64,000 nt of DNA, from assembly GCA_934168245.1 (NCBI GenBank), contig CAKPMY010000002.1, positions 78,237 through 142,236 of the forward strand. Direction: 5' to 3'. Below, piece by piece: positions 56,520 through 64,000 of this stretch. A model generated the notes under the pieces. That model saw only the letters and a program-made list of their open reading frames with translations. It ran no database searches and was not told the origin of the DNA. The position numbers were made by a program, and so were the translations under genes. Position 1 is the first letter of the stretch. Each line of letters starts with the position of its first letter. The DNA is from an uncultured Bacilli bacterium. Its GTDB lineage: Bacteria; Bacillota_I; Bacilli_A; RF39; UBA660.

Positions 56520-58390
56520 TCACCATCACCTCCTAAATACCTCTCTAAGATTTTATGTAAATCTTTATACTTAAATGGTTTTGCTAAGTAATCCGTAAAT
56601 CCTTCACTTATGTATCTATCTCTAGATCCAGAATAAGAATTTGCTGTTAATGCAATAACTGGAACTGTACAACCATCATCTCTTAAAATATGAACAGTAG
56701 CAATACCATCTAAATCAGGCATCATATGATCTAGGAATATAATGTCATAATGATTTTTCTTAACCAATTCAATACAATCTCTACCATTAGATGTACTACT
56801 TAAATCTAAGTTAAATTGCTCTAATAATCTTGTAGCAAGTTTAATGTTAACTATATTATCATCAACTACTAATGCTTTCTTACCTGCTAAGTTAAGTAGT
56901 TTTCTCTCAACAACGCCAGAGTTATCAAATGAAATAGCTCCGACTTTCATATCATCAACAACTACTTGATCAAGACTTATAAGGTATCTTGTACCCTTAC
57001 CTTTTTCATTTTTAAAATCAATGGTACCACCCATAATTTCAATAAGTCTTTTAGCAACAATCAAACCTAACTTAACACTATCAGTACCAATTGAAGAGCC
57101 TTCCTCAGAGAAATCTTCAAAACTTCTATTAAATTCAGCCTCTGTCATTTCATGACCTGTATTAGCAACAATCAAACTCAACTTGTAATTATCACCAACG
57201 TAAGCACCACCAACATCTAATGATACACTACCAAATTTCGTATGACTAATAGCATTAGCCAAAACATTAACTAATATTTTATATATCTTATCAGAGTCAC
57301 CCTTAAACTTCGTAGGAATATTACCATCAACATTAATCTTAAAGTCTAAAACATCACGACTTACTTTTGCTGATGTAACACTATTTATCTCTAATAATAA
57401 ATCTTCAATTCGATACTCTTTACTATCAGTTTTTTCTTTACCAGACTCAATTCTTGAAATATCAAGAATATTATTTATAAGTTCAAGTAAATCCCCAGAT
57501 GCTTGTTTAATATCTTTAACATCACGTTTTACAAGATCTTGTGTCAATTCTTTTTCTTCTAATAAAGCCTGACTAAAGCCTAAAATTGTATTCATTGGAG
57601 TTCTAATTTCATGAGAAATACTTGCCAAGAAATCACTCTTTGCCTTATTAGCAGCCTCAGCCTCTTTTCTACTTTCCTCTGCTTGAGAAAGTAATTTTGT
57701 ATCCTGACTCTCAATCGTAAAGAACAAAGCATTAAATAAGAATACATACATTATATAAACCATATTGAAACGATAATTAAATATTACAAAAACCAGTATT
57801 GAAAAGAACATAAATACAATACTAAAGTAAAGTACTGGAGCATTCAATTCCTTTGGATTAGTCTTTCTATATCTCCAAATCATGATAGTAGATGCAATAG
57901 CCCCAATCAAAGACATAAAGAATATTATATACATACCTTGTCCACCAATTAATAAATAACGAGGATTAATATTTGTATGATATGCAATTGGTAACATAAA
58001 TGTAACCACATATATTAAAGCATCAATAATTATTAAAGCAACACCTAATACTCTTCTAGTTTTAGTATAATTAGTAATAAGTGTTTCATTAATAGTAACT
58101 GAATAAATATAAACTAATGCTACAGAAGTAAATACTATATCCGCCAAAACATGAACACGACATAACACTTCCGTAAAGATTGGATGTTTATCCATATTTG
58201 CTATAGCAAAAACACAACCTATATCAAGAATACCTAACACTACTAAGAAAATAACTAAAATTGTAAAGAACAGGTTTGCAAGCCGCCGTTCATCTTTAGC
58301 CTTTTTCTTCCAGAAATATAAACACATAATAACGATTGAATAACACAATCCAACTAAACTTATTGCAGAACTAAATAACACAAAGCACAC
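56516..58390 (-). CDS. Hybrid sensor histidine kinase (multi-TM sensor, HisKA, HATPase_c, receiver)
   Basis: H-box SHEIRTPMNTILGFS. Receiver ALVVDDNIVN...DIIFLDHMMPDLDG. A 4-nt ATGA overlap with the downstream kinase gene. Confidence 0.75.
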   Translation of the reverse strand: MCFVLFSSAISLVGLCYSIVIMCLYFWKKKAKDERRLANLFFTILVIFLVVLGILDIGCVFAIANMDKHPIFTEVLCRVHVLADIVFTSVALVYIYSVTINETLITNYTKTRRVLGVALIIIDALIYVVTFMLPIAYHTNINPRYLLIGGQGMYIIFFMSLIGAIASTIMIWRYRKTNPKELNAPVLYFSIVFMFFSILVFVIFNYRFNMVYIMYVFLFNALFFTIESQDTKLLSQAEESRKEAEAANKAKSDFLASISHEIRTPMNTILGFSQALLEEKELTQDLVKRDVKDIKQASGDLLELINNILDISRIESGKEKTDSKEYRIEDLLLEINSVTSAKVSRDVLDFKINVDGNIPTKFKGDSDKIYKILVNVLANAISHTKFGSVSLDVGGAYVGDNYKLSLIVANTGHEMTEAEFNRSFEDFSEEGSSIGTDSVKLGLIVAKRLIEIMGGTIDFKNEKGKGTRYLISLDQVVVDDMKVGAISFDNSGVVERKLLNLAGKKALVVDDNIVNIKLATRLLEQFNLDLSSTSNGRDCIELVKKNHYDIIFLDHMMPDLDGIATVHILRDDGCTVPVIALTANSYSGSRDRYISEGFTDYLAKPFKYKDLHKILERYLGGDGE

Positions 58391-58512
58391 TCCCTTTACG
58401 ACTCGTTAGTATAAGGCACCCTAACTAGCCATCTTCTATTATCTAAAGTTAATTTTACAATAAATGTTAAAAAAAAACAACACAATAAAGAAAAAAGAGT
58501 GACAAATTCACT

Positions 58513-60861
58513 CTAATTATTAACATCCCATTTCCAGTTTTTAATATATGGCATATCCTCACCATATTCACTGATATAGTCTTTATGTTTTGAAAGCATA
58601 TCCAAGCACCAATCAACAAGTGCCTTAGATGTATCTGCATATCTTGGAATCTCTTTCAATACTGCAATTACTAAATGGAATCTATCTATTTCATTTTGTA
58701 CTCTTATATCGAAAGTAGTTGTTATTGTACCTTCTTCTTTATATCCATGTACATGCATATTACGATTTTCTCTTTTATATGTCAACTGATGAATCAAAGA
58801 AGGATAACCATGGAAGTTAAATATAATTGGCTTATTCTTTGTAAATATAGCATTATATTCTTGATCACTCATACCATGTGGATGTGTCTCTGGAGATTGT
58901 AATTTCATTAAATCTACTACATTAACTACTCTAATTTTAATACCCTTAACTGTTTTTCTTAATATGTCAACTGCTGCTAATGTCTCAAGTGTTGGAGTCT
59001 CCCCACAACAAGCCATTATAACATCAGGATTTCCTCCATCATTACTAGCAAAATCCCAAACTCCAAGTCCCTTAGTACAATGTTCTTTTGCTTGCTCTTT
59101 TGTTAACCATTGTGGTCTTGGATGTTTAGAAGCAACTATTACATTTACATAATTTTTAGTTCTAATACAATGTTCAAAACAAGAAAGTAAACAGTTTGTA
59201 TCTGGAGGTAAATACATTCTAACAACATCAGCCTTTTTCGTAACTAAATGATTTAAGAAGCCTGGATCTTGATGTGTATATCCATTATGATCCTGTTGAA
59301 AAACATGCGATACAAGTAAATAATTCAATGATGCTATTGGTGCCCTCCAAGGAATCTGATTACATACTTTTAACCATTTAGCATGTTGACTAGCCATAGA
59401 ATCAACTATTCTAATAAAAGCCTCATAACTATGAATAAAACCATGTCTACCCGTAAGTAAATATCCCTCTAGCATACCCTGACATAAATGTTCAGACAAG
59501 TATGAATCCATTACTCTACCAGTATTAGATAAATATTCATCCTCTGGTTTAATTGTCTTATAATTCCAAGTTCTATTTTCAACTTCAAATACATGATTAA
59601 ATCTATTAGATAATGCCTCATCTGGTCCAAATATTCTAAAGTTTTTATTTTCTTTATTTAAAACAAATACATCTCTTATATACTTACCAAGTTCCATCGT
59701 GTCTTGTCCAACTATACAACCCGGAGTCTTAACATCAACTGCATAATCTTGCCAATTAGGTGTATTAATATCTTTTAATAATAATCCCCCATTTGCATAA
59801 TTACTTGCTCCCATACATTTACTTGGAGCAGGACATAACTCTCTAAGTTCTTTTATAAGTCTACCATTTGCATCAAATAACTCTTCTGGATGATAACTTA
59901 GTAACCATTTTTCTATTACTTTAATATTTTCAGGATTATCTCTTGTTATTGGAATTGGTACTTGATGTGCTCTAAAACTTCCTTCCATTCTCTTAGCCCC
60001 TACTTCTTTAGGACCAGTCCATCCCTTAGGAGTAGTTAAAATTATCATTGGATAATTCCCAGTTCCAGTTTTCTTAATCTTCTTTATATCTTTAACAACC
60101 TTTTCTAAAACTTCAGCCATCTTCTCATGCATTTTCATTGGATCTGTTCCTGTTACAAAATATGGCTTCCAACTAAGTCCATAGAAAAAGTCTTCCATCT
60201 CTTCTACACTCATTCTTCCAAATATAGTAGGATTTGCTATTTTAAATCCATTACGATGTAAAATTGGTAATACAACACCATCAGTCTTAGGATTTAAAAA
60301 TTTATTAATATTCCAAGAAGTTGCTAAAGGCCCAGTCTCAGCCTCTCCATCTCCTACAACACATGCCGCTATTAGATCAGGATTATCTAAAACGGCTCCT
60401 GCTGCATGTGATAAACTATATCCCAATTCTCCACCTTCATGAATAGATCCTGGAGTCTCAGGAGCAACATGTGAAGATACCCCTCCTGGAAAACTAAACT
60501 GTTTACATAACTTTTTAAGTCCTGCTTCATCCTCAGTTATTTCTGGATAAAACTTAGTATATACTCCCTCTAAATAATTATTAGCAATCATCGCCTGACC
60601 ACCATGTCCAGGTCCTGATAAATATATCATTTTTAAATCATATTTCTTTATAATTCTATTCAAATGCATATAAATAAAATTTTGTCCTGGAGCAGTACCC
60701 CAATGCCCAACTACATTAGGTTTAATATCTGTTATAACAAGTCCTCTTCTAACTAAAGGATTATCTAACAAATATAATTGAGCAACAGACAAATAATTTA
60801 ATGCCCTAAAATACTTATTCATTAAATTTAATTCTTTTCTAGATAACACCGGCATAAACAC
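58513..60861 (-). CDS. xfp: Xylulose-5-phosphate/fructose-6-phosphate phosphoketolase
   Basis: 782 aa. N-terminus LSVAQLYLLDNPL...GHWGTAPGQNFIYMHLNR...GPGHGG. The thiamine-PP motif region GDGEAETGP is conserved. Confidence 0.85.
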   Translation of the reverse strand: MFMPVLSRKELNLMNKYFRALNYLSVAQLYLLDNPLVRRGLVITDIKPNVVGHWGTAPGQNFIYMHLNRIIKKYDLKMIYLSGPGHGGQAMIANNYLEGVYTKFYPEITEDEAGLKKLCKQFSFPGGVSSHVAPETPGSIHEGGELGYSLSHAAGAVLDNPDLIAACVVGDGEAETGPLATSWNINKFLNPKTDGVVLPILHRNGFKIANPTIFGRMSVEEMEDFFYGLSWKPYFVTGTDPMKMHEKMAEVLEKVVKDIKKIKKTGTGNYPMIILTTPKGWTGPKEVGAKRMEGSFRAHQVPIPITRDNPENIKVIEKWLLSYHPEELFDANGRLIKELRELCPAPSKCMGASNYANGGLLLKDINTPNWQDYAVDVKTPGCIVGQDTMELGKYIRDVFVLNKENKNFRIFGPDEALSNRFNHVFEVENRTWNYKTIKPEDEYLSNTGRVMDSYLSEHLCQGMLEGYLLTGRHGFIHSYEAFIRIVDSMASQHAKWLKVCNQIPWRAPIASLNYLLVSHVFQQDHNGYTHQDPGFLNHLVTKKADVVRMYLPPDTNCLLSCFEHCIRTKNYVNVIVASKHPRPQWLTKEQAKEHCTKGLGVWDFASNDGGNPDVIMACCGETPTLETLAAVDILRKTVKGIKIRVVNVVDLMKLQSPETHPHGMSDQEYNAIFTKNKPIIFNFHGYPSLIHQLTYKRENRNMHVHGYKEEGTITTTFDIRVQNEIDRFHLVIAVLKEIPRYADTSKALVDWCLDMLSKHKDYISEYGEDMPYIKNWKWDVNN

Positions 60862-60940
60862 CCTCCTATTCTTAATCTATTATAGCCTAAACACAAAAAA
60901 AGATAAAGATATTTTTCAATCTTTATCTTATTAATTTTAC

Positions 60941-62005
60941 CTAAATAGTTGCTCCATCATCTTTAGAAACAGTAGGAGTAACATTGTCACTATTTACTAT
61001 ATTTTCTTTGGCTTCTGGAATATTTTTCAATGAAACAGACTCAGTACTATCAACACTTGTATTAGTATTTACTGCCTCATCTTTACTACTAGTATCCATA
61101 GTTGCATTAACTGCAACCCCAGTATTTACTGCTGGAAAAGTAGTTATACCATTAGGATTATTATTTACAGGTTCATTAACAGTATTGTTAACTAAAGCAG
61201 TTTCACCTTTATTTTTTTTCTTTCTATTAACTATAAAGAATACAACTCCTCCAATAATTACAACCCCTACAACAACAAGTATAATTATATTAGTAGTATT
61301 ATATAATGTAAATGCAAATTCTATATTTTTAAAATCTTTAGTCTTAGTTAAATCCCAAGCCAAATCCTTACCATCATTATTTACACTAGTAGCATTATTA
61401 CTAATTGCTTTATATGGTAATTTTACTGTAAATTTCATATCCATATTACTCATATATTGTTCTAATAATGCACTATCATCACTTGATATACCAAAATCAT
61501 CATCTGTAGTAGTATCATCTTCTTCTCTACTATAAGAAGTCTCAGTATCATCTGTATTATCCATTTCAGGAATACTAGAATTATCAAACTTAAATGTCGC
61601 TGTATAAGTATTCTTTAAAAAACCTTTTTTAACTTTAAATATTTTACTAATTTCTTCAGCATCTCCTGCTGTTCCCATCATATTTGATAATTCATAAGAA
61701 ACATCATCTTTCTCACTACTATAAGTATTAATATCAAGGTTGTTAGCATAAATTTTAACACCCTTCATAGTATCTTCTTTATAATCTTCTACTTTAAAGC
61801 CTCTACTCTCTATTTCTTTTTTATCAGCATCATCTAGTATTTCTTTTCCTTCTAGAAAACTTTCATCTATTGCATAAATAATAGTATAATTAAACTTTCC
61901 ATTCTTTGTAATTTCCATTGTTGCATTAAATTTCATACATCCTGTCAACATAAATGCTATTATTGCCACAAATAGCACTTTTAAAATTTTAACACTTCTC
62001 TTCAT
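60941..62005 (-). CDS. Lipoprotein with C-terminal TM anchor, tandem paralog 1 (354 aa)
   Basis: Lipobox LTGC. Shares MKFNATMEI / VKKGFLKNTY / FTVKLPYKAISNNAT / TM helix with the upstream paralog. The C-terminal tail is Asn/Thr/Val-rich. Confidence 0.5.
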   Translation of the reverse strand: MKRSVKILKVLFVAIIAFMLTGCMKFNATMEITKNGKFNYTIIYAIDESFLEGKEILDDADKKEIESRGFKVEDYKEDTMKGVKIYANNLDINTYSSEKDDVSYELSNMMGTAGDAEEISKIFKVKKGFLKNTYTATFKFDNSSIPEMDNTDDTETSYSREEDDTTTDDDFGISSDDSALLEQYMSNMDMKFTVKLPYKAISNNATSVNNDGKDLAWDLTKTKDFKNIEFAFTLYNTTNIIILVVVGVVIIGGVVFFIVNRKKKNKGETALVNNTVNEPVNNNPNGITTFPAVNTGVAVNATMDTSSKDEAVNTNTSVDSTESVSLKNIPEAKENIVNSDNVTPTVSKDDGATI

Positions 62006-62092
62006 AACTCTCTCCTCTATCTTACTATGAGTATAATCTATATAAGAGTTTTATTCAAGAAAAAAAACAGGAAATCCTGTTTTTATTGTAAA

Positions 62093-62890
62093 TTATTTTT
62101 TGCTATGAACATTATTCTTAGTAACATTATAGTTCTTTTTCATTATTATAAATACAACTACTACAATAACAACTATTGCTAAAAGAACTATCATAAATAT
62201 ATTTGTTATATTATACAAGGAAAATTCAAAATTGATAGTTCCGAATTCATCCGCTTTTAATAAGTTCCAAGATAATTCCTTACCATCATTTTTACTATCA
62301 GTAGCATTATTACTAATTGCTTTATATGGTAATTTTACTGTAAAAGTTACTTCTTCTGTACCTTTATATTTTTCTAATTTTTCTAGTAACTCAGCACTTT
62401 CTTCATCTTCTGTTGCATTAAGATAATTTGCTAAATTACTTAAATCATCAAGTGAATAATCTCCAAGATCAAATTTAGCACTATAAGTATTCTTAAAGAA
62501 TCCCTTTTTTACTTTAAATAATTTTGCTTCTTCATCATTATTAATTACTGCTGAAAGATCATAATTATCAGTTTCTTTATCACTACTTACATCTCTAATT
62601 TTAAGATCTTTAATAGCAAGATTAACACCTTTCATTCCTTTAGCATTATAATTTGTAACTGTTATTCCTGCTTGATTTAACGCTGAAATCTTATCTGCTG
62701 AAAGTATTTCATTATCTCCTACAACTTCTTCTTTAAAAGCAAGTAACGAACTATATGAAATTACTCCATTAGGTTGAATCTCCATTACTGCATTAATCTT
62801 TGTACAACCTGATAATACAAATACCATTAGCATAACAAATACTACTTTTAAAGTCTTTTCCATTTTTTTCACAAACTTCTCCCCTTTCAT
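62093..62890 (-). CDS. Lipoprotein with C-terminal TM anchor, tandem paralog 2 (265 aa)
   Basis: Lipobox LSGC. The same conserved blocks as 60941..62005. Confidence 0.5.
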   Translation of the reverse strand: MKGEKFVKKMEKTLKVVFVMLMVFVLSGCTKINAVMEIQPNGVISYSSLLAFKEEVVGDNEILSADKISALNQAGITVTNYNAKGMKGVNLAIKDLKIRDVSSDKETDNYDLSAVINNDEEAKLFKVKKGFFKNTYSAKFDLGDYSLDDLSNLANYLNATEDEESAELLEKLEKYKGTEEVTFTVKLPYKAISNNATDSKNDGKELSWNLLKADEFGTINFEFSLYNITNIFMIVLLAIVVIVVVVFIIMKKNYNVTKNNVHSKK

Positions 62891-63055
62891 TGCGCATATT
62901 ATACATCAAAAAAGGTTTTAAATCAATAATAATTTTACACAGATTGCATTTAACTATTTAACTAACCCTAATTTTACACAGCCAACATATAAGTAACCAT
63001 ATTTATCCATAGAAAAAGCAAATAATCATCAAATCATTTGCTTTCTATTCTGTCT

Positions 63056-64000
63056 CTATTTAGCAATTACTTCACAAATTAATGAACTAATCTCTGTTGG
63101 ATTATCTATTGGAAGTCCGGCTATCATTTTAGCCTCTGCATATAAAATCTTTGTATATTTATCAAACTCTTCTTTATTACTTGCATACAAATCTTTTAAT
63201 TTATCAGCGATTGGATGCTTCTCATTTACTTCAAGTACTTGTTGTGCTTTAATTCCCATATCATTAGGCATTGCATCAAATACTTTTTGCATCTCTATTG
63301 AAACATCTCCCTTAGTAGTTAAACATACTGGATGTTTCTTTAATTTATTACTAAATTTAACCTCACTAACATCTCCAATAAGTTCCTTCATATGTTTTAA
63401 TAAGTCAACATTATCTTCATTTACTTTCTTTAATTCTTCTTTTTCTTCATCACTTTCAAGGCCTAAGTCCTCATTTTCAACATTAGCAAACTTCTTACCT
63501 TCATATTCTTGAATAGCCGTAATTGCAAACTCATCTACATAATCAGTTAAGTATAAAATATCAAAGTCATGATCTTTTACTTGTTCAACATTAGGCATAG
63601 CATCAATTTTCTTAATAGATGAACCAGCTGCATAATAAATCTTTTCTTGTCCATCTTTCATACTATCAACATATTCTTTTAAAGTAACAAGTTTTTCTTC
63701 TTTAGCTGAATAAAACATAACTAAGTCTTTTAACTTATCTTTATCAGCACCAAAGTTATTATAAACTCCGTACTTTAATTGAACACCAAATGTCTTAAAG
63801 AATGAAATATAATTTTCTCGATCATTCTTTAACATATCTTCTAATTCTTTACGAATCTTACTTTCAATATTTTTAGCAATCAATTTCAAGTTATGACTTT
63901 CTTGTAATACTTCTCTTGAAATATTTAATGATAAATCTTCACTATCTACAACACCTTTAACAAAACTAAAGTAATCTGGCAATAGATCAGCACATCTATC
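63056..64000 (-). CDS. htpG: Hsp90 chaperone HtpG (C-terminal part; the gene start lies beyond the window end)
   Basis: YFSFVKGVVDSEDLSLNISREVLQ and C-terminal dimerisation-domain homology. The frame stays open to position 64000. Confidence 0.8.
   Translation of the reverse strand, partial: DRCADLLPDYFSFVKGVVDSEDLSLNISREVLQESHNLKLIAKNIESKIRKELEDMLKNDRENYISFFKTFGVQLKYGVYNNFGADKDKLKDLVMFYSAKEEKLVTLKEYVDSMKDGQEKIYYAAGSSIKKIDAMPNVEQVKDHDFDILYLTDYVDEFAITAIQEYEGKKFANVENEDLGLESDEEKEELKKVNEDNVDLLKHMKELIGDVSEVKFSNKLKKHPVCLTTKGDVSIEMQKVFDAMPNDMGIKAQQVLEVNEKHPIADKLKDLYASNKEEFDKYTKILYAEAKMIAGLPIDNPTEISSLICEVIAK

Overview
This is a very AT-rich (about 27% GC), low-GC Firmicutes-type chromosomal segment, probably from a Clostridia-like anaerobe. 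Nearly all genes are on the minus strand, as expected for co-orientation with replication. It contains about 60 CDS and 7 tRNAs.

Main content, from start to end:
- Housekeeping genes: an RluA-family pseudouridine synthase (partial), a Cof-type HAD hydrolase, a PAP2 phosphatase, pgi, sodA, ddl-murF, galE, a Nudix hydrolase, a cysteine desulfurase, a RelQ-like small alarmone synthetase, hsp20, phosphoketolase and htpG (partial).
- A giant 2546-aa cyclic beta-1,2-glucan-synthase-like protein (a GT84 glycosyltransferase region plus a C-terminal GH94 phosphorylase-like region). Directly downstream are three tandem paralogous surface-repeat proteins.
- A tRNA operon (Ile-Asn-Glu, then Ser), a lone tRNA-Lys and a tRNA Cys-Gly pair.
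- A P-type ATPase.
- A split 2-hydroxyacyl-CoA-dehydratase/activase-like three-gene set.
- An ABC-F ATPase.
- Two tandem hybrid sensor histidine kinases. One carries a 60-nt x ~17 tandem repeat that encodes a PEVK-like linker.
- Several tandem-paralog pairs of unknown function.

The most interesting locus is at about 40600-41196. It is a roughly 600-nt ORF-free, purine-rich (on the transcribed minus strand), higher-GC region behind a near-consensus sigma-A promoter. Immediately downstream, on the same strand, is a 201-aa four-TM protein with a DxxxD motif. This matches the OLE RNA / OapA ribonucleoprotein arrangement.

Other notable points:
- A CIRCE (HrcA) operator sits on the promoter of hsp20.
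- A DUF2229 gene has ATC at the position where its start codon is expected.
- A 98-codon stop-free frame without a start follows a zinc-ribbon membrane gene, suggesting a frameshift.
- The MurF-like ligase has its N-terminal domain replaced by a 4-TM segment.

I found no CRISPR arrays and no recognisable transposases, integrases or prophage-type genes.
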